Of a DNA stretch of 55,084 bases, positions 19,239 to 28,028 are shown in pieces. Position numbers and translations under genes: made by a program. Every line of letters begins with the position of its first letter. Within the stretch, counting starts at the first letter, position 1. The stretch is taken from NCBI GenBank assembly GCA_043755395.1, contig JAYUTC010000297.1, positions 1 through 55,084 of the forward strand, in the 5' to 3' direction. The notes under the pieces are model-generated. The model saw nothing but the letters and a program-made list of their open reading frames with translations, was not told the DNA's origin and did no database searches. This stretch comes from Ferruginibacter sp. (GTDB lineage: Bacteria; Bacteroidota; Bacteroidia; Chitinophagales; Chitinophagaceae).

Positions 19239-19994
19239 ATGAAATTATTAGAAGGAAAAACAGCTATTGTTACCGGAGCAGCCCGTGGTATTGGTGAAGC
19301 CATTGCATTAAAATTTGCAGAACAGGGTGCAAATGTGGCATTCACTTTTGTAAGCGATAGCAGTAAAGACAAAGCCACACTACTTGAACAAAAATTAATT
19401 GCACTGGGAGTAAAAGCAAAAGCTTATCAAAGCAATGCCGGCGATTATGCTGCCTGCGAAGTTTTTGTAAACGATGTTTTAAAAGAATTTGTTTCCATTG
19501 ATATTTGTGTAAACAATGCCGGTATTTCAAAAGACAATTTATTGCTGCGCATGACCCCCGAACAATGGGATGAAGTGATGACAGTTAATTTAAAAAGCGT
19601 TTTTAACATGACCAAACTGGTTATGCGGCCAATGATGAAAGCCAGAAACGGCAGTATCATCAATATGAGCAGTGTAATTGGCGAAATGGGCAATGCCGGC
19701 CAAAGCAGTTATGCCGCCAGCAAGGCAGGTGTAATTGGTTTTACTAAATCTGTTGCAAAAGAATTGGGCAGCAGAAACATCCGTTGCAATGCCATTGCCC
19801 CAGGTTTTGTAGAAACTGATATGACCAGCTATTTGAAAGAAGGTGAAGCTGCCGAAAAATATAAAGCCGGCATTCCACTGGGCCGCTTTGCCCATGCAGA
19901 AGATATTGCCAATGTTGCATTGTTTTTAGCCAGTAACTTAAGTAGTTATGTTACCGGGCAAACCATTAGCGCCTGTGGCGGATTGAATATTTAA
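19239..19994 (+). CDS. fabG: 3-oxoacyl-ACP reductase FabG
   Basis: TGAARGIG, NNAGI, YAASKAG and NAIAPGF. The ATG at 19239 is preferred over the TTG at 19215. Confidence 0.93.
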   Translation: MKLLEGKTAIVTGAARGIGEAIALKFAEQGANVAFTFVSDSSKDKATLLEQKLIALGVKAKAYQSNAGDYAACEVFVNDVLKEFVSIDICVNNAGISKDNLLLRMTPEQWDEVMTVNLKSVFNMTKLVMRPMMKARNGSIINMSSVIGEMGNAGQSSYAASKAGVIGFTKSVAKELGSRNIRCNAIAPGFVETDMTSYLKEGEAAEKYKAGIPLGRFAHAEDIANVALFLASNLSSYVTGQTISACGGLNI

Positions 19995-20113
19995 TTTGTT
20001 TAAGAAAACCGTATTAATACCTTTATTTCCGTTAAACAACTGTGTTTTTTTACAATTCTTTTACAAATATATATTGCTTACATAATCATCTGTACCTTTC
20101 TTTGCAACTCAAA

Positions 20114-20389
20114 ATGAAATTCTTTCTCTCTATATTATTGTTACTCACTACTGCACTATATGTGCTTCCTGTAAAAGAAATGATTACAGGAAAACATACC
20201 ATATGCACAACAGCCTTTGACAAATCAGAAGATGAAGGCAATAAAAAAGAAAAAGCTAAAGAATTATTTTCTTTCAGCAACTCCTGCATAATTATTAAAG
20301 ACAGTTACAGTTGCACTCGCTCATGCATATCTGCTACTATTCCATTAATGCTGTATGCTATAGAAACTCCTCCCCCGGATTTAGCATAA
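20114..20389 (+). CDS. Small (91 aa) protein with N-terminal hydrophobic segment, charged middle and C-terminal PPP; possible leader/arrest peptide
   Basis: MKFFLSILLLLTTALYVLPV...DKSEDEGNKKEKAKE...IETPPPDLA, with an A-rich context before the ATG at 20114. Confidence 0.6.
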   Translation: MKFFLSILLLLTTALYVLPVKEMITGKHTICTTAFDKSEDEGNKKEKAKELFSFSNSCIIIKDSYSCTRSCISATIPLMLYAIETPPPDLA

Positions 20390-20479
20390 ATTTTTCTGTG
20401 CATATTTAAATATAATCACTTGCATATTTTGTAAGTAACTTCATTTCTGTTTACACTTTTTATTAAAAAATAATTAACC

Positions 20480-22180
20480 ATGACTGGAAAACCCAGCCCT
20501 GTTGCAAGGATATTTAATCTTGTTAAATTAGAGCGTAAAGAAATTTCTGCTATATATTTTTATGCTATCTTGAATGGCCTGATACTGCTGGCAATTCCAA
20601 TAGGCATCCAGGCGCTTATTGGATTTGCACAAACCAATACAGCATCTGCTTCAATTATTGTGTTGATTGTACTGATAGTAGTGAGCGTTTTTACGGCCGG
20701 CGTATTACAGATCAAACAACTTCAGATCTCTGAAAAGGTTCAACAGAAGATATTTGTGCGCTATTCTTTCAACATCGCCCAAAAATTACCCGAACTAAAA
20801 CTATCGACTGTAGATAATTATTATTTGCCCGAACTGATCAACCGGTTTTTTGATATTAATAACCTGCAGAAAGGACTTGCAAAATTACTACTTGATTTTC
20901 CACTGGCCATAATTCAGATTATTTTTGGCTTGTTATTGCTGGCATTTTATCATCCCGTATTTATTGCTTTTGGCATATTATTGATACTTGTGATCTGGAG
21001 CATCCTTTATTTTTCAGGAACAAAGGGCCTGCAAAAAAGTATTGAAGAAAGCACACACAAATACAAAGTGGCCGGGTGGCTGGAGGAAATTTCAAGAATT
21101 ATTCGTTCTGTAAAATTCTTTAAATCTCCTGATTTTGTTGTACAAAAAACAGATGAACATGTTACTGACTACCTCCTGGCCCGAACCGGGCACTTTAAAA
21201 TACTGGAGCTTCAGTTTAAAGCACTGATTGCTTTTAAAACACTGGTTACAACAGCCATGTTGATCGTTGGTACCTTTCTTTTATTAGAACAACAACTAAA
21301 TGTAGGCCAATTTATTGCTTCAGAAATTGTAATACTAACCATCATTAACTCAGTAGAAAAACTGATCAGTAACCTGGACAGTGTATATGATGTATTAACT
21401 GCAGTTGAAAAAATTGAACAGATCACAGATAAAGAAACAGAAACAAACGGCACAATAAAACTAGCGTCTACAGAAGAAGGGGTAAGTATTCAATTAAATG
21501 AAACCGGGTTTAAGTATCCTGATTCCCCTGCCTTTATTTTTAAGAACATTTCGTTTTCGGTGGGGATTAATGAAAAAGTTTGCATCAGGGGCGATGAAGG
21601 TACAGGCAAGTCCACTTTACTGCGTTTGCTGGCTGGCAATTACGAAGATTTTAATGGTACTGTATTGATCAATGATATCGCCATAAAAAATTATAACCTG
21701 CAATCATTGCGTTTCAAGACGGGAGTAGTGATCAGCCAGCAGGATATTTTTGAAGGAACACTAATGGATAATATTTGTGTTGGCCTGGAAAATGTAGACA
21801 TCACTGAAATTCAACAGTTGTGCAATATAACCGGCTTAACAGATTATATCAGCACACTCAAAAATGGTTTTGATACATTATTAACTCCTACAGGCAGAAA
21901 ATTACCCGGCCATGCCATTAAAAAAATATTACTCATCAGGGCGCTGATCAATAAACCCAAATTATTATTATTGGAAGAACCATGGACCGGACTGGAAGAC
22001 AGTTATCAGTTGGAAATAAAAAAATTATTATTAACAGGATTGAAAAATACCACAGTATTGGTAATCACAAAAGATGATCAGTTTGCAAATGCCTGTGACA
22101 AGATCATTGAACTTAAAAAAGATGGTTGCAGGGTAATTGCAGGCAACCCTCAAATACCCGGAGGTGGTGAAGACCTATAA
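20480..22180 (+). CDS. Type I secretion-like ABC exporter (TMD plus NBD) with degenerate ATPase motifs
   Basis: TMD with PELINRFFD and GQFIASEIVI. Walker A is GDEGTGKS; the signature reads LPGHA, Walker B LLLLEE, and there is no switch His. Confidence 0.85.
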   Translation: MTGKPSPVARIFNLVKLERKEISAIYFYAILNGLILLAIPIGIQALIGFAQTNTASASIIVLIVLIVVSVFTAGVLQIKQLQISEKVQQKIFVRYSFNIAQKLPELKLSTVDNYYLPELINRFFDINNLQKGLAKLLLDFPLAIIQIIFGLLLLAFYHPVFIAFGILLILVIWSILYFSGTKGLQKSIEESTHKYKVAGWLEEISRIIRSVKFFKSPDFVVQKTDEHVTDYLLARTGHFKILELQFKALIAFKTLVTTAMLIVGTFLLLEQQLNVGQFIASEIVILTIINSVEKLISNLDSVYDVLTAVEKIEQITDKETETNGTIKLASTEEGVSIQLNETGFKYPDSPAFIFKNISFSVGINEKVCIRGDEGTGKSTLLRLLAGNYEDFNGTVLINDIAIKNYNLQSLRFKTGVVISQQDIFEGTLMDNICVGLENVDITEIQQLCNITGLTDYISTLKNGFDTLLTPTGRKLPGHAIKKILLIRALINKPKLLLLEEPWTGLEDSYQLEIKKLLLTGLKNTTVLVITKDDQFANACDKIIELKKDGCRVIAGNPQIPGGGEDL

Positions 22181-22192
22181 AAATAAAATATC

Positions 22193-23500
22193 ATGAAAAC
22201 ATTAACAGCATATAATAATATCTACCGGCACAATAAGAACAGCCGTATCAAATACTGGACATTGGGATTTTTAATTGCGCTTGCGATAATCCTTTTTTTA
22301 CCCTGGACCCAAAATATCAGGGCAAGAGGAAATGTAACAACGCTACGCCAGGAGCAAAGGCCGCAGGAACTGAACAGTATCATTCCGGGTAAGATTTTAA
22401 AATGGTATGTAAAAGAAGGCGATATGGTACAGGCCGGAGATACCATTCTGCAGATCTCTGAAGTGAAAGACGATTACCTCGATCCTAACCTGATGAACAG
22501 AACCAGTGAACAATTAGATGCAAAGCAAATGAGCATCGCCTATTATAAAAACAAGGTCAGTACATCTCAAACGCAGATTGGAGCATTGGACAATAACCGG
22601 ACGTTGAAACAAAGTCAGCTGCAAAATAAAATTCAGCAGTTGAAATTAAAACTGCAAAGCGACAGTGCAGAGAATATTGCTGCGATGAATGATCTGTCAA
22701 TTGCAACCCTGCAATTTAAAAGACAAAAAACGATGTACGACAGCGGGCTGGTTTCGCTTACACAACTGGAACAACGTAACCAGGCGTATCAAAATGCGTT
22801 GGCTAAAAGAACCAGTGCCGAAAATAAATTAGGTGGCACCAGGCAGGAATTGATCATTGCAGGAATAGAAATGGATGCGATCAATCAGGATTATGTTGAA
22901 AAGGTTTCTAAGGCACAAGGTGATCAGTTCCAGTCATTATCTCAAATTGCAGGCGGGCAGGGTGATGTAGCTAAACTACAAAACCAGTACAGTAATTATA
23001 ATATTCGCAGCGGTATGTATTTTATTACAGCTCCACAGGCAGGCCAGATCACCAAGGCAAAAAAAGCCGGCATAGGAGAAATAATTAAAGAAGGTGAAAT
23101 ACTGGTAGAAATTGTACCGGATAAAATGGATTATGCCGTGGAGCTTTTTATAGAGCCAATGGATTTGCCGTTAATTTCTGTTAAACAAAAAGTACGTTTT
23201 TTGTTTGATGGTTTTCCAGCGATTGTTTTCAGTGGTTGGCCCAATGCATCTTATGGAACCTTTAGTGGAGAAGTAGTTGCTGTAGAAAATGCTGTTAGCC
23301 CAAATGGGAAATTCAGGATATTAATAAAAGAAGATGGAAATGATAAAAAAAGATGGCCCAAAGAATTAAAGATTGGTGCCGGTACACAAGGAATTGCTTT
23401 GTTAAAAAATGTACCGGTATGGTATGAGTTGTGGCGAAATATTAATGGGTTTCCCCCTGATTTTTATAAAGCAGATGGTAAAAATGAAAAAAAGAAGTAA
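22193..23500 (+). CDS. HlyD-family membrane fusion protein
   Basis: Single TM (LPWTQNI), lipoyl half-motifs (GKILKWYVKEGDMVQAGD, ITAPQAG), coiled coil, FDGFPAIVFSGWP and VWYELWR..NGFPP. Confidence 0.92.
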   Translation: MKTLTAYNNIYRHNKNSRIKYWTLGFLIALAIILFLPWTQNIRARGNVTTLRQEQRPQELNSIIPGKILKWYVKEGDMVQAGDTILQISEVKDDYLDPNLMNRTSEQLDAKQMSIAYYKNKVSTSQTQIGALDNNRTLKQSQLQNKIQQLKLKLQSDSAENIAAMNDLSIATLQFKRQKTMYDSGLVSLTQLEQRNQAYQNALAKRTSAENKLGGTRQELIIAGIEMDAINQDYVEKVSKAQGDQFQSLSQIAGGQGDVAKLQNQYSNYNIRSGMYFITAPQAGQITKAKKAGIGEIIKEGEILVEIVPDKMDYAVELFIEPMDLPLISVKQKVRFLFDGFPAIVFSGWPNASYGTFSGEVVAVENAVSPNGKFRILIKEDGNDKKRWPKELKIGAGTQGIALLKNVPVWYELWRNINGFPPDFYKADGKNEKKK

Positions 23501-23501
23501 G

Positions 23502-24908
23502 ATGAAAAAATTGATTTTAATATTTAGCGGTTTCCTTTTTTTTCAAAATGCTAAAGCAAACGACAGTACTAAAACACTTTCTTTAAATCATTTTTTACAA
23601 ATTGTAAAACAGTTTCATCCTGTTGCAAAACAGGCAAACATACAGGTTGATAAAGCCTATGCAGGTTTAACCATTGCAAGAAGCAGCTTCGATCCATTAT
23701 TGGGCAGCAATGGTAGTAATAAAACTTTTGATGGCATCAATTATTATCAATCTAATGCCACTCAATTAAGCATACCCACCTGGTATGGAATTGAATTAAC
23801 TACCGGTATTGAATATTTAAGTGGTGGCAGAACCGACCCAACAGAAACCAGTGGAAAAACGAGTTTTGCAGGCATCAGTATACCCATGGCAAAAAATTTA
23901 CTGATGGATAAAAGAAGGGCAACATTGCAGCAGGCTAAAATAATGATTCAGGCTTCGGAACAGGAGCAAAGAATTTTATTAAACAATTTAATGATGGATG
24001 CCACGGATGCTTACTGGCAATGGGTACAATCATATTTTATATATACCACTTATAATGATGTTATTGAATTAAATAAAAAAAGGGTGAGACTGGTCGTGAA
24101 CGCTTACCAGAACGGCGATAGGCCAGCCATTGATACTACCGAAGCCATTGCACAATTACAAAATTTTGAGTACAAGCAAAACGAAGCTTTACTGGAATGG
24201 CAAAATACTACTGTACTGTTGAATACTTTTTTATGGAGTCAAAATAATGAGGCATATGAATTACCGGCAAATGTTTTACCGGTAGAAAAAGCCAGGCAAT
24301 TATATGATGCAGTAGTATTTCCCGAACTTGAAAAAACAATTGCCGATGCAAAAACATCACATCCCGAATTGAATATTTATGGCTATAAATTAAATGCTTT
24401 AACTATAGAAAGAAAATTAAAGTTTCAGGAACTGCTTCCAAAAGCTGATTTAAAATATAATCAATTGGGTAAAGGATATAACATTGCATCCACTGCCACA
24501 AAAACTTTATTTGATAACAACTACCGGTTTGGGATAAACTTCAGCGTACCACTCAGACTAAGCCAGGGCAGGGGCGAATATAAACTGGCCAAACTTAAAA
24601 TAACCGAAATCAAATTGCAGCAGGGCCAAAAAGAAATTACCATAGTCAATAAAATAAAATATTATTACAACCAGTTGGTAAACTATAAAACACAAGTAAA
24701 TCTTTTACAAAAAACTTACAATAATTATCTGCAATTGCAGCGCGGGGAAGAGGCCCGGTTTTTTAACGGAGAAAGTTCTTTGTTTTTAGTAAACACCCGG
24801 GAAAATAAAACACTGGAGACTTTATTAAAACTTACAGAAACAACTATCGGGTATAATAAAGTCAACTATTCATTACAATGGGCTGCCGGAAAGTTATTTG
24901 AATTTTAA
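23502..24908 (+). CDS. TolC-family outer-membrane efflux protein (alternative start at 23484)
   Basis: Signal peptide MKKLILIFSGFLFF, HPVAKQA, FDP and F.NGESSLFLVNTRE; follows HlyD directly. Confidence 0.9.
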   Translation: MKKLILIFSGFLFFQNAKANDSTKTLSLNHFLQIVKQFHPVAKQANIQVDKAYAGLTIARSSFDPLLGSNGSNKTFDGINYYQSNATQLSIPTWYGIELTTGIEYLSGGRTDPTETSGKTSFAGISIPMAKNLLMDKRRATLQQAKIMIQASEQEQRILLNNLMMDATDAYWQWVQSYFIYTTYNDVIELNKKRVRLVVNAYQNGDRPAIDTTEAIAQLQNFEYKQNEALLEWQNTTVLLNTFLWSQNNEAYELPANVLPVEKARQLYDAVVFPELEKTIADAKTSHPELNIYGYKLNALTIERKLKFQELLPKADLKYNQLGKGYNIASTATKTLFDNNYRFGINFSVPLRLSQGRGEYKLAKLKITEIKLQQGQKEITIVNKIKYYYNQLVNYKTQVNLLQKTYNNYLQLQRGEEARFFNGESSLFLVNTRENKTLETLLKLTETTIGYNKVNYSLQWAAGKLFEF

Positions 24909-24966
24909 ACTGGTTCACAGCATCATCAAAGAAAGAACACTTATAATATTTAGCAGGTTGAAACTG

Positions 24967-25644
24967 CTAAATCTTTTTTATACTGCTAAACACCAGGCCC
25001 TCCAGAAAAGAAACAATTCTTAATTCGTCTTTTTCCTTTCCAAAATCAGTGAGTGATGGAAGGTTTTTCATAAAAAAATTTTGATAGTGTGCCATTTCAA
25101 TAATGGTACTTGCCAAGGATTTGGGATATTTATATTTAGGATTACACTCCAGGATGATGCCGGCAATTTTTGCGCAAAGGTCTTTATAGGGCTGAAATAG
25201 ATGTGCTTTATTATCTTCCGATACTTTTTTGGTTAAATATGCTTTTGAGCCTTCAGTAATAATAATCTGATGAAGAATGCTTTCATCAACATAACTGGTT
25301 TTAACATCATCTTCAACGGCTGTTGCTAATAATTTAATTACTTTTTTTAATTTAATTGTCGGGTCTTTAATATTACTGGTGTTCACTGTAACCCTGTATT
25401 CAAACCAGCTCCAGTACCAGGCGGTAATATAGATGAGTAATAAATGTTTATTTTCAAAGTACCTGTAAATTCCTGCCTCGGTCGTACCTATATCCTCTGC
25501 CAGTTTTTTAAAAGTGAATGCTTCAAATCCGTTTTTGTGAATTAAAGGAATACTATGCAGAATGATCTTTTTCCCCAGTTCAGAGTGTTCCGGATTCCGG
25601 AGAAACAACTTCTCATTCATTTTTATTTGTAGCTGTAATTCCAT
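24967..25644 (-). CDS. TetR/AcrR-family transcriptional regulator
   Basis: GFEAFTFKKLAEDIGTTEAGIYRYFENKH helix-turn-helix; divergent from sulP. Confidence 0.92.
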   Translation of the reverse strand: MELQLQIKMNEKLFLRNPEHSELGKKIILHSIPLIHKNGFEAFTFKKLAEDIGTTEAGIYRYFENKHLLLIYITAWYWSWFEYRVTVNTSNIKDPTIKLKKVIKLLATAVEDDVKTSYVDESILHQIIITEGSKAYLTKKVSEDNKAHLFQPYKDLCAKIAGIILECNPKYKYPKSLASTIIEMAHYQNFFMKNLPSLTDFGKEKDELRIVSFLEGLVFSSIKKI

Positions 25645-25759
25645 TTTCTATTTTCTTTAAAAAGCAACATTACCGGTAAAATTAAAATAATTGATCTGGA
25701 CACTGTAAAAATACGTGAAAGTTTTACAATTTAATGACAAAGTAAGTATATCTTTATTA

Positions 25760-25777
25760 ATAGTATTACTATCTTTG
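25760..25777 (+). promoter_or_regulatory. Palindromic candidate TetR operator overlapping the sulP -7 promoter element
   Basis: ATAGTA-T-TACTAT (25760-25772) is a perfect dyad overlapping TATCTTTG (25770-25777). Confidence 0.65.
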
Positions 25778-25818
25778 TGTTTTCAAGCTTAAACTTCTTA
25801 ATGATGGAAATTAAAAAC

Positions 25819-27354
25819 ATGTTTAAAGAATTTAAAAGCGACCTCCCTGCAAGTATTGTCGTTTTTTTTGTAGCAGTTCCTTTATGCCTTGGTATTGCAC
25901 TGGCATCAGGTGCTCCGTTGTTTGCAGGCATTATAGCAGGAATAGTGGGGGGTATTATTGTTGGGATTGCCAGCGGTTCGCCATTGGGTGTTAGCGGTCC
26001 GGCTGCAGGTTTAGCTGTAATTGTTTTAACCTCAATTGCCACCCTCGGCTCATGGCCTGCATTTTTACTGGCGGTTGTATTAGCAGGAGTTATACAGCTT
26101 GCCCTGGGTTTTGCAAAAGCAGGCTTTATTGCCTACTTTTTCCCATCATCTGTTATTAAAGGGATGCTTACGGGTATAGGGTTATTAATAATTTTAAAAC
26201 AAATACCTCATGCACTGGGTTGGGATAAAGATGCTGAAGGAGATGATGCTTTCATACAGGCCGATGGTCAAAATACACTTTCCGAAATTACAAAAGCATT
26301 TGACTTTATAACTCCCGGCGCTATATTAATAGCGGTAATTTCATTAGCCATTTTAATATTATGGGATACCGTATTAACAAAAAAACATAAAATATTTCAA
26401 TTGATACAGGGGCCGATTGTAGTGGTGGTACTCGGTATTGTGATGAATTATTTATTCAAGACCGGAACATTAAATTTCAGCCTTGCAGAAGACCAGGTGG
26501 TGAGGCTTCCTGTGGCAAATAATCTAACAGAGTTTTTTAGCCAGTTTACCTTTCCTGATTTTTCTGCCATAACAAATTTTGAGGTTTGGAAAGTGGCCAT
26601 TGTATTGGCCATTGTTGCCAGCCTGGAAACATTACTTTGTGTAGAAGCAACTGATAAAATGGATCCCGATAAAAGAGTTACACCTACTAACCGTGAATTA
26701 AAGGCACAAGGTTTAGGCAACATTGTTTCCGGATTAATAGGTGGGTTACCTGTAACGCAGGTTATTGTACGCAGTTCGGCAAATATTAATTTTGGTGGTA
26801 AAACAAAATTATCTGCCATACTTCATGGCGTGTTTTTATTAATCAGTGCTATTACCATCGCAAGCCTGCTGAATATGATTCCGCTGGCAAGTTTAGCCGC
26901 TATTTTACTAATGGTTGGTTACAAATTGGCAAAACCAGTTTTATTTAAACAGATGTATAAATTAGGCTGGGAACAGTTTATTCCTTTTTTGGCTACTGTA
27001 GTTGGTATATTGGCAACTGACTTATTAAAAGGAATTACCATCGGTATCCTCGTCGGTATTTTTTACACACTCCGCCATAGCTATCGTAATTCTCACTACA
27101 TGAAAGAAACGGTAACTACAGAAGAAGGGCACGAAATACATCATCTGGTTTTAGCCGAAGAAGTTTCATTCTTTAATAAAGCCAGTGTAATTAAGGAACT
27201 GGAAGAAATCCCTGAAAATTCAAAAGTAATTATTGATTGCACCAAATCAAAATCAATTGCACATGATGTGATAGAAATTATTACGAATTACAGAAGCAAT
27301 GCAAAACGTAAAAATATTACAGTTGAAACCATCAACTTTATTGAACCGGCTTAA
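25819..27354 (+). CDS. SulP/SLC26-family anion (probably bicarbonate) transporter
   Basis: DLPASIVVFFVAVPLCLGIALASG, VSGPAAGL, ETLLCVEATDK, GGLPVTQVIVRSSAN and a STAS-like C-terminus (EEVSFFNKA). Confidence 0.93.
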   Translation: MFKEFKSDLPASIVVFFVAVPLCLGIALASGAPLFAGIIAGIVGGIIVGIASGSPLGVSGPAAGLAVIVLTSIATLGSWPAFLLAVVLAGVIQLALGFAKAGFIAYFFPSSVIKGMLTGIGLLIILKQIPHALGWDKDAEGDDAFIQADGQNTLSEITKAFDFITPGAILIAVISLAILILWDTVLTKKHKIFQLIQGPIVVVVLGIVMNYLFKTGTLNFSLAEDQVVRLPVANNLTEFFSQFTFPDFSAITNFEVWKVAIVLAIVASLETLLCVEATDKMDPDKRVTPTNRELKAQGLGNIVSGLIGGLPVTQVIVRSSANINFGGKTKLSAILHGVFLLISAITIASLLNMIPLASLAAILLMVGYKLAKPVLFKQMYKLGWEQFIPFLATVVGILATDLLKGITIGILVGIFYTLRHSYRNSHYMKETVTTEEGHEIHHLVLAEEVSFFNKASVIKELEEIPENSKVIIDCTKSKSIAHDVIEIITNYRSNAKRKNITVETINFIEPA

Positions 27355-27386
27355 CAAAAATTAATTTAAAACTAAAACAAAATAAA

Positions 27387-28028
27387 ATGAAAACATTAAC
27401 TAAAGAAATGCAGACTGCCATAACACCGGCAATGGCGATGGATATTTTAAAAAAGGGAAATGACCGTTTTGTAAACAACCTTAAAGCTAACCGCAACCTG
27501 TTGCAGCAGGCCAATGAAACATCAGACGGGCAACATCCTTTTGCAGTTATATTGAGTTGTATAGATTCCCGAACCTCGGCAGAATTAATTTTTGACCAGG
27601 GCCTGGGAGATGTTTTCAGTGTTCGTATTGCTGGTAATATCATTAATGAAGATATTTTAGGCAGTATGGAGTTTGGTTGCAAAGTTGCCGGTGCTAAAAT
27701 AATTGTAGTATTGGGGCACACCAAATGCGGTGCTGTTAAAGGCGCCTGCGACCATGTAGAAATGGGTAATCTTACTGCCCTGCTTTCTAAAATACAACCT
27801 GCTGTTTATGATGAAAAAACAGAAACAGCAAACCGCAGCTCGGGCAACAATGAGTTTGTAGAAAAAGTTTCAACCATTAATGTGAAAAGAACGGTGCATG
27901 CCATTATGGAACGCAGCCCTATTTTAAAAGAAATGATTGAAAGCGGTGCCATTGGTATTGCGGGGGGCACACATGATATTTCAACTGGTATGGTTCATTT
28001 TTATGAAGATGTTTCAATTATTAAATAA
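27387..28028 (+). CDS. Beta-class carbonic anhydrase (CIDSR type)
   Basis: GNxRF, Zn ligands in SCIDSR and GHTKCGAV, FDQGLGDVFSVRIAGN. Confidence 0.93.
   Translation: MKTLTKEMQTAITPAMAMDILKKGNDRFVNNLKANRNLLQQANETSDGQHPFAVILSCIDSRTSAELIFDQGLGDVFSVRIAGNIINEDILGSMEFGCKVAGAKIIVVLGHTKCGAVKGACDHVEMGNLTALLSKIQPAVYDEKTETANRSSGNNEFVEKVSTINVKRTVHAIMERSPILKEMIESGAIGIAGGTHDISTGMVHFYEDVSIIK

Noticed and set aside
22144-22170. ABC C-terminal tail NPQIPGGG as another decayed palindromic element
   Set aside because: Similarity to the 1691-1714 arm is too weak and there is no partner arm.
20114-24908. Bacteriocin/RiPP export cluster with the small ORF as precursor
   Set aside because: No C39 peptidase domain, double-glycine leader, modifying enzymes or immunity gene. 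The small ORF has a Sec/TM-like N-terminus instead.
25731-27724. Antisense ORFs over sulP and CA1, and the other 60-140 aa shadow ORFs in the track (e.g. 34660-35088)
   Set aside because: They lie opposite or out of frame within well-supported genes and show no independent motifs.
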